Position numbers and translations under genes: made by a program. The notes below the pieces were generated by a model. The model had not been told where the DNA came from. It did not search any database and saw only the letters and a list, made by a program, of their open reading frames with translations. Shown in pieces: positions 11,617 through 23,894 of a stretch of DNA of 64,000 nt. Position 1 is the stretch's first letter, and every line of letters begins with the position of its first letter. The stretch comes from Octopus vulgaris (Eukaryota): NCBI GenBank assembly GCA_951406725.2, contig OX597822.1, positions 29,264,001 to 29,328,000 of the forward strand. Direction: 5' to 3'.

Positions 11617-11911
11617 GTCTTCACATCATGTGATGGTTGTAAATGAGCATCACCATCATTCAATGATGCCATTCATTTCCAATCCTCCGTGAGAAACATA
11701 TCTGACCATGGGGCAAATATTTTCTTGCCTGGAAACTGGTGAGGGTTGGTGTCAAGAAGGGCATCATGCTATAGATGAAAAAATGGTTCAACAAATTCTA
11801 TCTGACCCTTGCCCACATGGAAAAGTGGATGTTAAATGATGCTGATGCTGATGTTATTTACATACCTGTAGAGATACAGGATAATTTAGAGATGATAAAT
11901 GAAATGCTATA

Positions 11912-12140
11912 TATTTCTTTATTGCCCACAGGGGCCCAAACATAGAGGGGACAAACAAGGACAGACAAAGGGATTAAGTTGATTACATTGACCCCAGTGT
12001 GAAACTGGTACTTTATTTATTGAAAGGATGAAAGGCAAAGTCAACCTCGGCGGAATTTGAACTCAGAGCATAACGGCAGATGAAATACTGCTGAGCATTT
12101 CACCCGGTGTGCTAACGTGTCTGCCAGCTCACCGCCATCC
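11912..12140 (-). mobile_element. SINE family A, full length
   Basis: 16-bp TSD taaatgaaatgctata at 11896-11911 and 12141-12156. Confidence 0.9.
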
Positions 12141-12376
12141 TAAATGAAATGCTATAACATGAGGTTTTAATTTATTCTGGATTTTTTTTCTACTAACTAG
12201 AGGCTTAGACCTGCACTTTACACAGCATTTGGAACATTAAACTGACAATGAGAGTGGCTGTTCTATAGCAGCTCCCTTGCAATTCTCTAAGGCAGTGCCA
12301 TTTCCATTTTGTCTGTTGGGACCATGATGTGGTGTGAATTACAGGAAATTGTGTTCCACTTCTTAATGTAAAGTTA

Positions 12377-12594
12377 CAAGAGGTGCTGAAATTCTCCTGG
12401 CTTTGGGTAAAAGAAAATACAGGAGGATCAGTTAATTATGATTTTATCCAACATATTCCACTCTCAGATTCCCACACATATTGCAGCAGTCCTTCAGTTT
12501 TTCTAAGCCCTGTATAAAAGAACTCAGAAAGTTGGGCCTTCAACCAGGCCTTTTGCAATACCTTTAAAGCCAGGAACTTTTCAGCACTTCCTTG
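12377..12594 (-). mobile_element. mariner-derived MITE
   Basis: TA flanks; TIRs caagaggtgctgaaattctcctggcttt / aaagccaggaacttttcagcacttccttg; internal remnant of mariner C-terminus (QGLEKLKDCC...EYV); sister copy at 52789. Confidence 0.75.
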
Positions 12595-13420
12595 TACTTT
12601 TAGCTTCCATACCCAGATTCTAATTTCACTCAGGTTGTCATGCCTTGTTATTCTTCCTTCTCATTCTCTGCCTGTCTAACCGTAGATCAGCTGTGACTAA
12701 GTGGGCCCTATGGTTAAAAACGTTCCAGCTATGACCATCCTGTCCTCTTCTCTGGGTATTGAAGATATAGAGCTGCTACACTATTCATTGATAGTGAAAG
12801 CTATGCCTTCATTCAAGACAGAAGGATTATTAGCCAGCAAACTACATAGTCTCTGCTTGTGCATGTGAGTTATTTGTGTTAATGCTGTGTATCCTATGCC
12901 TGCTGTCTCACTGATTTTTGATGATCGACCGAGTGGGTCACAAACTAAGTGAACCATGACTATTGGTTTACACTTTAGCCGTTTTGATTGAAATTTTTTA
13001 ACTGATACCTTGAGTGTAAAATGTTCTTTCATAATACTTCTAAGAATAGAAATAATTGCTTTGTTTCATATGGTAGTTATAACTCTTGTCTATAGCATAA
13101 TGGAATTAAGTGGTGCCTTCTAACTTGGTACTACATATTTTAAGTGTTATTTACCAAAGATGACACTTACGTATGCACACACTGTATATGATTACTTGAA
13201 GAGGTGAGGTTGCTGGGTGTCTTGACATCTTAAACAGATGTGATACTTATGAAGATGCTTTCTTTCATAATGTGCATCATTAAAGTCATTGTCTGAGAAA
13301 TATCTAAACCTTCCATTGTTACATTTCTGGTGAAATAGACTGCCTTTGTTTCATATAATTTTGAAAATAATAAATAAGGCTGAAGGATCGTATGCAATTA
13401 TTATTATCATTAGCAAGGAT

Positions 13421-14181
13421 AAGGCAGTGAGTTGGCAGAATCATTAGCATTGCCGGGCAAAATGCTCAGCGGTATTTCGTCTGCCACTACATTCTGAGTT
13501 CAAATTCCGCCGAGGTCGACTTTGCCTTTCATCCTTTCGGGGTCGATAAATTAAGTACCAGTTACGCACTGGGGGATATGTAATCACTTAATCCGTTTGT
13601 CTGTCCTTGTTTGTCCCCTCTGTGTTTAGCCCCTTGTGGGTAGTAAAGAAATAGGTATTTCATCTGCCGCTACGTTCTGAGTTCAAATTCCGCCGAGGTC
13701 GACTTTGCCTTTCATCCTTTCGGGGTCGATAAATTAAGTACCAGTTACGCACTGGGGGATATGTAATCACTTAATCCGTTTGTCTGTCCTTGTTTGTCCC
13801 CTCTGTGTTTAGCCCCTTGTGGGTAGTAAAGAAATAGGTATTTCATCTGCCGCTACGTTCTGAGTTCAAATTCCGCCGAGGTCGACTTTACCTTTCATCC
13901 TTTCGGGGTCGATAAATTAAGTACCAGTTATGCACTGGGATCGAAGTAATCGACTTAATCCGTTTGTCTGTCCTTGTTTGTCCCCTCTGTGTTTAGCCCC
14001 TTGTGGGTAGTAAAGAAATAGGTATTTCACAGGTTTTTATGTTTTGAGTTCAAATGCCGCCGAGGTCGACTTTGCATTTCATCCTTTCGGGGTCGATAAA
14101 TTAAGTACCAGTTATGCACTGGGGGTCGATGTAATTATCACCTCCCCCGAACTTGCTGGCCTTGTGCCAAATTTCAAACCA
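13421..14181 (+). mobile_element. SINE family A tandem array (three 183-184 bp units plus older terminal copy)
   Basis: Units restart at ggtatttc at 13471, 13654, 13837 and 14021. Confidence 0.9.
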
Positions 14182-14197
14182 GCAGGAATAAGGTTTT

Positions 14198-14405
14198 GAG
14201 TTGGCTGAACTGTTAGCATGCTGGGCAAAATGTTTAGCAGCATTTCGTCTGTCTTTATGTTCTGAGTTCAAATTCTGCGATGGCTGACTGCCTTTCTTCC
14301 TTTTGGAATCAATTAAACATGTACCAGTTAAACATTGGGGTTGGTATAATCGACTTCCTCCTCCCTTCCAAAATTGCTGACTCTGTGCCAAAATTTGAAA
14401 CCATT
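14198..14405 (+). mobile_element. SINE family A, old copy
   Basis: Diverged family A head and core. Confidence 0.65.
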
Positions 14406-14461
14406 ATTACAATGGTGTTTGGAATATAAATTAACATAAAATTTTGATGGAAGGTTTTTAA

Positions 14462-14688
14462 GTGTTTTACATTTGAACCAGTCATATCCGGCCCAAATAT
14501 TCTACCACTTTTATGTCCAAACTGGCCATTTCAAACCTTTCACATCTACCCTATACTGTCATTCTAAAAAGAGAAAAAAAATCAACCACATCACAAAATC
14601 TCAGAGTTACAAGATAATGCATGTTTAATTCAAAGCAATGTGAATAAATAAGGATTACATTTGACAGAGTAATCTGAATCCTAAAGGG
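14462..14688 (+). mobile_element. piggyBac-like MITE (left end degraded)
   Basis: Ends ctaaaggg|ttaa; similar to 41870-42088. Confidence 0.6.
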
Positions 14689-14841
14689 TTAATATAGATC
14701 ATTTCAAAATGGGAAGTTTTTATCATAGAATCAAAGATAGTCCCTGGTAGTAAAAGGTTGCTCCAGCATGGCTGCATCCAAATGACTGAAACAAGTAAAA
14801 GAATAAAAGAACACACACACACACACACGCACGCACGCACG

Positions 14842-14906
<65 letters not shown>

Positions 14907-14909
<3 letters not shown>

Positions 14910-15198
14910 GAGGTGCAATGGTCTAGTGGTTAGGGCAGCAGACTCATGGTCGGAGGATCACGGTTTCGATTACCAGACCGGGTGTTGTGTGTGTTTATTG
15001 AGCGAAAACACCTAAAGCTCCACGAGGCTCCAGCAGGGTGTGGTGGCGACCCCTGTTGTACTCTTTCACCCCAACTTTTTCTTACTCTTTCTTCTTGTTT
15101 CTTGAGTAATGCTGCGAATGACTGGCGTCCTGTCCAGCTGGGGGGAACACATTTGCTATAGAAACTGGGGCCCATGAGCCTGGCTAGGCTTGGAAAGG

Positions 15199-15204
<6 letters not shown>
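14907..15204 (+). mobile_element. SINE family D (tail 2 variant)
   Basis: Same head and core as 2276-2460 but different 3' tail (gctgcgaatgactggcgtcctgtccag...gagcctggctaggc). Confidence 0.8.
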
Positions 15205-15243
<39 letters not shown>

Positions 15244-15317
15244 GTAATAATAACAATGATCCTTGGATTGAATTTATAAATATTTTAATGTGTTTCCACA
15301 AATCACACATCTCTTAA

Positions 15318-15539
15318 CCCTTTCGATACTAACCCAGCTGAAACCGCCTCTGGCTATATTGTACAAATGTCATGATTTCATAAGTTTTGAATTAAAATCA
15401 TTCACCAAACCTTGATCACAATTTATGTTCCTAACACTAGCTTAATGATAACTAAGTTATTTTACTAAATTCTTTGTTACATTTAAAATTAATTGAAAGA
15501 AACACAGAGCATTTAAAAATAAGTATGGTAACGAAAGGG
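15318..15539. mobile_element. piggyBac-like MITE (second family)
   Basis: TTAA TSD both sides; TIR ccctttcgatac / gtaacgaaaggg. Confidence 0.8.
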
Positions 15540-15722
15540 TTAAGGTCTTCCAAGGATTATTGTTATTATTACTATATTTATCCTACATTATATTGGTACA
15601 GCTAGATGCTACTGCAAAAAAATGGTTCATCAGTCAGCACCATTAGACTGTGGCTGGCATAATGGAATAAGAGTTTATTTGCATATTCAAAACGTTTCCT
15701 ATAAACAAATTTAAAAGATTTA

Positions 15723-15767
<45 letters not shown>

Positions 15768-15770
<3 letters not shown>

Positions 15771-16639
15771 GGTGCGCTGAATAAACTGTTACGCAAAAAT
15801 GAAAATAACACTGACATCTCATTTTAACAGAGACCAAAATTACATAAAAATATCTTGAAATACTAAAGAGTAAATCTATTCAATAGAATTGCCATTGGCT
15901 TCAACCACAGCCTCCAGACGACTTCAGAATCTCCTGCAACTCTTCTGGATGGTCTCCTTGTTTAGGTTGATGAAGGCTGCCGTAATTGTTGCCTTCAGTT
16001 CATCTTTCATGTTACAAGGAGTTTTGTGTGTCTCTTGCTCAACTGTGCCCCACATATAATAATGAAAGGGGTTGCAATCTGAGGAGTTAGGTGGCCAGAA
16101 GTTACAGGTGATGTGGTTTCAGAAATTGTCTGACAGCCATGACTGTGTTGTCTTGCTTGTGTGGCATGGTGTAGAGTCCTGTTGCCAGACATAGGATCTT
16201 CCAGCGGCCACTCTCTTGACTCAGAGCAGCACTACCTCTTCCAAGCACTTGATGTAGGCTTCTGTGTTGAGTCTGAGGCCATGTGGAAAGATGAATGGAA
16301 GCATAACATTGCCATCATTAGTGATCACTCCAAACACCATGATGTTGACTGGATGTTTGATTTTTATCACTTTTGGTACATGTCTTCAGATTGCACCTTC
16401 TTCAGATTGACACCCAAACATTCTGAAATGTTCATATTGGAGCTTCCGGTGTGAATGCCAAGCGGTACAGCATGTTGTTTTCAAATTTCTGACAGTGAAT
16501 TGCATCATGGTGCTGTTTTTCTCACAGATGGTGCCCAACTGACCCTACTATACTGTGTAGTTGACAGAATCAAAAGCTAACAATACGCATGTGTGAAATT
16601 AAAAATATAAAATGGCAACAATTTACCCTTCGCCCCTTG
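15768..16639 (-). mobile_element. Internally deleted Tc1/mariner transposon, DD37D (maT) type; transposase pseudogene
   Basis: Minus strand: KHPVNIMVFGVITNDGNVMLPFIFPHGLRLNTEAYIKCLEEVV...WQQDSTPCHTSKTTQSWLSDNF*...WPPNSSDCNPFHYYMWG...SRLEAVVEANGNSIE*; 37 residues from QQD to the third catalytic position (now H); imperfect TIRs cagggtgcg / cgccccttg; several stops. Confidence 0.85.
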
Positions 16640-16659
16640 TGTATGTATATATATTCTTT

Positions 16660-16834
16660 TACTCTTACTTTGTTACTTGTTTCAGCCATTTGACTGCGGC
16701 ATGCTGGAGCACTGCCTTTAGTCGAACAAATCAACCCCAGGACTTATTCTTTGTAAGCCTAGTACTTATTCTATCAGTTGCTTTTGCTGAACTGCTAAAC
16801 CAACATTGGTTGTGAAGTGATGGTGCAGGGACAA

Positions 16835-16865
<31 letters not shown>

Positions 16866-16941
16866 CTTGCCTCAGGTGTCACACAGTGGGACTGAAACCG
16901 GAACCATATGGTTGGTAAGCAAGCTACTTAGTACACAGCCA

Positions 16942-16945
<4 letters not shown>
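16660..16945 (-). mobile_element. SINE family B with internal deletions
   Basis: Family B tail and head in reverse. Confidence 0.75.
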
Positions 16946-16986
<41 letters not shown>

Positions 16987-17504
16987 TGTCTGAGTGCCAG
17001 TCTTGCAGGTATGTGTATTGTCTTAGTGCATTTATGCTTTGCTAACACAGACACACACACATGCACACACCAACTATAGCAGATATGTGTGTATATATCT
17101 GTGTGTCTTTATGTGTGTCTATGTACAAGTTTTATTCAATGGGATATAATGTCCTTTGGTGTGTGTGTATGTGTGTGTCTTTTATATGTGATGGGATGTC
17201 TTTATTTAGTGTTAGTAAGTCTTTACAGATGTAGTAAAACAAAAAATACAAAACAAAACTCTGCCTTTCTACTCAAACACTCTGGGAATAGGATGGAACA
17301 CATGAAGATCAGTAACAGAGAGCTGTGACTTAAGCAACAGCAGCTGTGTCTCTTATGTTGTTACTGAGAGACTCTCAGTAACATAGAGACACTCTATGTG
17401 GTCACCCAACCCAGTAGAAGTAGCAGCCAAATCTCTCTTAAATTTGAACCTCACCTTATTGTCTTAATGGATGCATTAGATGATATAGACTGGGTTGGGC
17501 AATT

Positions 17505-18175
17505 ATCTCTTGTTTCAGTTATTAGATTGGGGCCATGCTGGAGCACTGCCTTCTTGAAAGATTTTTAGTTGAAAGAATTGACCTCCAGAACCTGTTTCTT
17601 TTTAAGCCTGGTATTTTATTCTGTCAATCTCTTTTTGCTGAACTGCAAAGTTAGAAGAATATAAACCTGCCAACACTGTCTGTCAAGCAGGAGTGGGGGA
17701 CAAACACAGACACAAAAGACGCGTGCGCGCGTGCGCACACACACACACACAATGCAGGCTTCTTTCAGTTTCTTATTTCTTTACTGCTCTCAAGGAGCTA
17801 TGCACAGAGTGGACAAACAAGGACAGACAAACAGATTAAGTCGATTATACTCACCCCAGTGCATTACTGGAACTTATTTAATTGACCCTGAAGGGATGAA
17901 AGGTAAAGTCGACCTCGGCAGAATTTGAACTCAGAACATAGCGGCAGACGAAATACCACTAAGCATTTCGCCCGGTGTGCTAACGTTTCTGCCAGCTCGC
18001 CGCCTTAGGCTTCTTTCAGTTTCTGTCTACCAAATCCAATCACAAGACTTTGGTTGGCCCAAAGATACAATAGAAGACATTTGTCCAAGGTGCCACGGAA
18101 CCATGTGCCCAAGGTGCCACAGAACCATGTGATTGGAAAGCAAGCTTTTTACCACACAGTTATGCTTGCACCTAT
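17505..18175 (-). mobile_element. SINE family B interrupted by SINE A
   Basis: B sequence continues on both sides of the 17774-18006 insert. Confidence 0.75.
17774..18006 (-). mobile_element. SINE family A nested in SINE B
   Basis: 18-bp TSD aggcttctttcagtttct at 17756-17773 and 18007-18024. Confidence 0.9.
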
Positions 18176-18310
18176 AACTCTTGAAAATAAGATGAGATGG
18201 TCATGGTTTGGAATGCCATTTTGGTGATCTGTCTGCTTGATTAGTACCAACTTGAGTAACAACTACAACAAAAACAAAGATGGATACAGCTAAAGGATGC
18301 AAGCATACAT

Positions 18311-18562
18311 ATCATCATCATCATCGTTTAATATTCATTTTCCATGCTAGCATGAGTTGGACAGTTCCACCGGGGGCTGGGAAGCCAGGAGGCTGCACCA
18401 GGCTCCAGTCTGATTTGACAATGTTTCTACAGCTGGATGCCCTTCCTAATGCCAACCACTCCGTGAGTGTAGTGGGTGCTGTTTACATGCCACTGGCACA
18501 GGGGCCAGGGGAGGCTAGCAACAGCCACGATCAGTTGATGCTTTTTACGTGTCACTGGCACG
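18311..18562 (-). mobile_element. RTE 3' UTR fragment (family C)
   Basis: (ATC)n tail and family C body. Confidence 0.8.
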
Positions 18563-18583
18563 AAACAATATTTATTTCTCTCT

Positions 18584-19015
18584 AAGGCAGTGAGCTGGCA
18601 GAGACGTTAGTACATCGGGTGAAATGCTTTGCAGTATTTCGTCTGTCTTTACGTTCTGAGTTCAAATTCCACTATCATTGACTTTGCTTTTCATTCTTTT
18701 GGGATTGATAAATTAAGTACCAGTTGCGTACTAGGGTCAATCTAATTGACTGGCCCCTTCTCCCAAAATTTCAGGCCTTGTGCCTAGAGTAGAAAAGATA
18801 ATTATTTTTTTAAAGGCGGGAAGCTGGCAGAAACATTAGCAGAGCAGATGAAATGCTTCGCGATATTTTGTCTGTCTTTACGTTCTGAGTTCAAATTCTG
18901 CTGAGAATGACTTCGCTTTTCATCCTTTCAGGGTCAATAAATTAAGTACCAGTTGCGTACGGGGATTGATCTAATCGACTGAATTTTGGGCCTCGTTCCT
19001 AGAGTAGAAAAGAAT
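18584..19015 (+). mobile_element. Two adjacent SINE family A copies (short-tail variant)
   Basis: Heads near 18584 and 18812, each ending cctagagtagaaaag. Confidence 0.8.
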
Positions 19016-19348
19016 ACTTCTTTCTCTATCTTGCTACTCCTTACCAGCGTCATCACATCTCCGCATCACTTTGACCTCACATCCCATGATGGTGGTAGTA
19101 CATGCATGCATGTGTGTGTGTGTGTGTATGTGTGTGTGTGTGTGTGTGCGCGCGCGCGTGTGTGTGCAGGGGTGTCTCTCTTAGCAAAAGGAGAAGAAAA
19201 AGCATGGAAGTGACGTTGCATTCGTTTTCTTTCTGTGGTTATTTATTTCTAAAGGGGGGAATGTCAACAGGAGTGGGAAAAAATGAGAGAGAGAGATGAA
19301 GGAACTCAAAGAACTTATGTATATATATGTATGTGTTTATATATATAC

Positions 19349-19382
<34 letters not shown>

Positions 19383-19527
19383 ATACTTGTAATATATGCT
19401 GGAGGTGGGTGTTGTGTAGAAAAAGAATGTTTTATGCATAATCAGTCTTCGTTATGGCTTTCCCTCCATTCCATTTCCTGGTTTCTTGTCACCACCACCA
19501 TTATTATTGTGGTAGAAGACATTCCAT

Positions 19528-19543
19528 TATATATATACAGAAA

Positions 19544-19608
<65 letters not shown>

Positions 19609-19813
19609 AAGTTTATCATCTGCTTATGAAATGTTGCTCTCTCTCTGTCATCAAACTGATTCCAGTTCATTTACTTCCTGTACGAAGCACCCTTTCCCCC
19701 CACCTCCTTGTACTTCTTTTTTTTTCTTTCCTATTCAAGTTACTCTGGATTCTTATCATCCTCTTCCTCTCTTCTCTTTCTTCCTTCTTCAATTCTGCCC
19801 CCCCCCCCCTGCC

Positions 19814-19859
<46 letters not shown>

Positions 19860-19870
19860 TTTTTTTTTCC
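19528..19870. repeat. (TA)n, pyrimidine-rich and (TAT)n microsatellite cluster
   Basis: Visible simple repeats; source of the spurious 240-aa and 198-aa ORFs. Confidence 0.9.
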
Positions 19871-20297
19871 TTCTGGAGTGGGAGAAGTGAAATTTCTGCC
19901 CCTCCTGTCTCACTCAAACAATTATCTGATTCTGGAATGTCTTTTAAGACTTCCGTTTTTTTTTTTTCTTTTTTTCCTTTTTTTTGTTTTGTTTTATATT
20001 CTGGTTTCTATAATCTGAATCATATTTGTTGCCAGCGATCTGGTGGTTAGTTATATAGTGGTTTTCATTAAAAAGAAAAAAAAAAAAAATGCTTAATACT
20101 TTGTCCAAGCAATCATCATCATCATTATTGTTATCATCCATCAATATCATCACCAACCCCCCCATCATCATCATCATAATTCTTACATTTGCTTTTCCAT
20201 ACTGGCATGGGTTGAAAGGGACTTTTCTAAAGCAATGTTTTATGGCTGGATACCCTTCCTGTTGCCAGGTCTCTCTTTTTTGTCTTTTACAACACGA

Positions 20298-20638
20298 AGG
20301 TATTAAGTCGATTACATTGACCCCCAATGCCTAACTGGTACTTAATTTATCGACCCTGAAAGGATTAAAGGCAAAGTCGACCTCCACGGAATTTGAACTC
20401 AGAACGTAGCGGCAGACGAAATACCTATTTCTTTACTACCCACAAGGGGCTAAACACAGAGAGGACAAATAAGAACAGACAAACGGATTAAGTCGATTAT
20501 ATTGACCCCAGTGCATAACTGGTACTTAATTTATCGACCCAGAAAGGATGAAAGGCAAAGTCGACCTCCGCGGAATTTGAACTCAGAACGTAGCGGTAGA
20601 TGAAATACCGCTAAGCATTTCTGCCAGCTCGCCGCCTT
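20298..20638 (-). mobile_element. SINE family A dimer
   Basis: Junction gaaatacc|tatttcttt at 20418-20434 (reverse of aaagaaata|ggtatttc). Confidence 0.85.
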
Positions 20639-21019
20639 CATCTTAGTTCTTAGATACATTCTGAATAAAGCAAGAAATGGTCACAGTTTGAATATCACTG
20701 ACCATAGGACGCGGTTGGCTTCATTTGGACTGAACTGGAGCATATCAGCACCAACAGAGTAAAGCTTGTCGATAGCATTGCATGACTTGGCATTTGGTGT
20801 GATTATTTTACAAATAATACTGTGAAACTGATTGGTTTTCATTGGACAAATATTTGATAGCTTGTTTGTTGAAGACAAATTCATGCCGGAAATATTTATG
20901 TTACTTAGTGAAACTGAAGCTTGATGAGATAAGAGACCCCCTCTCTCTCTCTCTTTCTCTTTTTATGTGTATGTGTGTGTATGTGTATGCATGTATGTAT
21001 GTATGTATGTATGTTTTCA

Positions 21020-21640
21020 TTCTTTTATTCTTTTACTTGTTTCAGTCATTTGGCTGCAGCCATGCTGGAGCACTGCCTTTAGTCGAACAGAACAAATCGA
21101 CCCTGCCCAACTGTTAAGTTATGGGTTACGTAAACACACCAACATCAGTTATCAAATGATGGTGTGGGGACAAACACAGATACAAACATGTACATACATG
21201 TATGTGTATATAAATATACACGATGGGCTTCTTTCAGTTTCTGTCTACCAAATCCACTCGGGTTGGCCTGAGGAAAAAGACACTTGCCCAAGGTGTCATG
21301 TAGTGGAACTGAACCCAGAACCATGTGGTTGGGAAGCAATCTTCTTACAACACAATCTTCTTACCTTCATCATCATCATCATCTGCTTTTCATGCTGGCA
21401 TGGGTTAGACAGTTTGACTGAAACTGGTAAGCTAGAGAGTTGTACCAGGTTCCAATCTGATTTGGCAATGTTTCTACAGCTGGATGTCCTTCCTAATGCC
21501 AATCACTCTAAGACTGTAATGGGTGCCTTTTATGTGTCACTGGCACAGGTGCTAATTATGTGACACCAGCATCGGCCATAACAACAGTTTCACCTGACTT
21601 GATGAGTCTTCTGAAGCACAGCATATCGCCAAAGATCTTG
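21020..21640 (-). mobile_element. SINE family B (21020-21355) and RTE 3' end (21367-21640)
   Basis: Family B and family C sequence in reverse. Confidence 0.75.
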
Positions 21641-21699
21641 GTTACTTATCACCATGAAGCCCAACATTCGAAGGGTGCTTTTTATGTGTCTCTTACGTG

Positions 21700-21731
<32 letters not shown>

Positions 21732-22463
21732 TAGCAGAGATACCCGTGTCACATGGAATTGAAGAATTAGACTTTTCTTTTATATTTTCTCTAATGAACT
21801 GGAATACCTGTAATTCGAATTTCATCAAAATTGTGGATGAAAAATTTTAAGGAGGGTTCTTTCTCTCTTTACACACCCTAACAAAAATTCTAATCGTGAC
21901 ACATCTATCTCATACTACTCATCTTTATGCCCAGATTCCAAAATCCAAATCTTATGGAACCTATTCAAAGGTTTTTGCTCCTGAAAAATGGAGCACATGG
22001 AGCTCTAAAATGTGGGAGTTAAGGCCCCTATTGGAGGAAGGTCTTAAAGTCAACCAGAGATGTTGAATTGTTGGGAATCTTTTCAATTTGAGTCTTATAT
22101 CTATTGTTCAAATTTCTTTGAAATCAGAAATATATGTATGTTCACTGGGTTTGTAAAAGAGAACAAAGCTACAGGAAACCAAAAAACGAATGATCACAAT
22201 AAGCAGTCAGCTACTCTACCCTAGTTGTTACCACTCCCCAGTGTAGGATTCCTTACCATACAGGTGACGTGCACAGCCGTAAGATGCATTATGGATCTAT
22301 AGTAATTGGAAGGGTGTGACCCAACTCAAACATTAACAACTGTGTGACTTGAGGGCTAAACTGTTGTACTACACTTTGACAGTTTTCATATCTTAGCATC
22401 TGAAGCAGCTGGAGATACGATAGTTTGACCAAACGAACAGGCTATTGCAAGCAGAGTTAAATA

Positions 22464-23343
22464 TCTACTACATATGTGGGAAATTCTGTGGGTGTGTTTG
22501 TGGAGTTGTTAGCTAACTCCTCCTACATCTTTTTATCGATTTTGATGAAACTTGACACGTGAGTAGAACTGATGTCTGGAAACCTCATGGCATACTTAGA
22601 TTGTTGAAAAAAAAAAATCAATAATAGGGCCCCTGGAAGGGATCCTTATATATATCTAATATATTTCAGATTTTAACAGCCAAGGGAAATAACCTACTCA
22701 TTTTCCTAAATCATTTGGTATAACTCAAATTGAGTATGCTTATTTCTTAGTATTTGAACTGTTAGAGTTACTTTCGCAATTTATCCAGTACAAATAAATA
22801 AATAAATAGTATTTTTCTAAACAATAGATCCACTTATTTCAGTTAGTGACTTATTCACAAATATACCAACACTAGCACTGCATCATTATGGATGATGGGT
22901 AATATTCTCTGGGAATGCACAGAAGCCCTTTTCAGAGTTATTTACTTTTACTTTGAATTGTTATTATCTCATATCTGATTAGCCTGTTATTACGTAACAT
23001 GCTTCACGATTTTAGTATACATACCTTATTAGTATTTCCTCCTAAGTTCTATATACTCTAGGAACGCATTTAGCACTTTTCTGGCTACTTTATTTGAATG
23101 CTTACTATCAGGTAACTAATTTCATGTTATTACATAACTGACTTTACACTTTAGGTATTCATAACTTATTGGGAATTCCTAAAAACAATACAAGACAAGA
23201 CAATTCAGTATTCTCTATAAATGCACAAAAAAACATTTAAGGGCTACGTACTTTGTATTGTTATTGGATTAGCGAAACAATTATGTGAAGGGAACCAGGG
23301 GATAAGCCCTGCTTTCCCGGGAATTACCGGGTACATCAGCTAG
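22464..23343 (+). mobile_element. Non-autonomous Helitron
   Basis: A|TC start (tctactacatatg), 3' hairpin cccgg-gaatta-ccggg (23316-23331), CTAG|T end; pairing of the two ends is inferred. Confidence 0.7.
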
Positions 23344-23640
23344 TTGAAAGTAAATGCATTTGGCCAAATTTGGACATATGACAGTTTAACATAATAGCAA
23401 TGATACATATATATATACACACATGCACATATACATACACACACACTGTATGTGTGTGACATTTGGCCCACCCTGTACTTTGACCTATGTAAGCATGGAA
23501 AATTGAATGTTAAAACAGTGAGGGTGATGATTTCTGAAACACCTTTTGTCATCTTTGCTTGGTCAGGAATGACTTGGGGTTAAGCAGCAACATCACACTT
23601 CATGAAAATGAATATTTCTTTGTCAATATTTTTGTTTCTT

Positions 23641-23858
23641 AAGGTGGTGAGCTGGCAGAAACATTAGCATGCCTGGTGAAATTCTTAGCGGTATTTCGTC
23701 TGTCTTTACATTCTGAGTTCAAATTCCGCTGAGGTCAACTTTGCCTTTCATTCTTTCAGGGTCAATAAATTAAGTACTAGTTGTGTACTGGGGTTGATCT
23801 GATCGACTGGCTGCCTCCCCAAAAATTTCGGGCCTTGTGCCTAGAGTAGAAAAGAATA
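23641..23858 (+). mobile_element. SINE family A (short-tail variant)
   Basis: Full head, core and tail. Confidence 0.85.
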
Positions 23859-23894
23859 TTTTTGTATAATTTTTTTAGCCCCCCCCCCCCGCCC

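Noticed and set aside
12765-12870. Possible exon ending at|gtgagt
   Set aside because: Weak acceptor, no recognisable peptide, no partner exons.
13471-14021. Regular 183-bp repeats as a CRISPR array or hammerhead retrozyme
   Set aside because: No unique spacers, eukaryotic context, and no CUGANGA core on either strand; the units are SINE A.
19296-20050. 240-aa and 198-aa ORFs
   Set aside because: Translations of (TA)n, (TG)n, (TAT)n and poly-T tracts.
20681-20884. 67-aa minus-strand ORF in unique sequence
   Set aside because: No recognisable homology or splice signals; length is within chance expectation.
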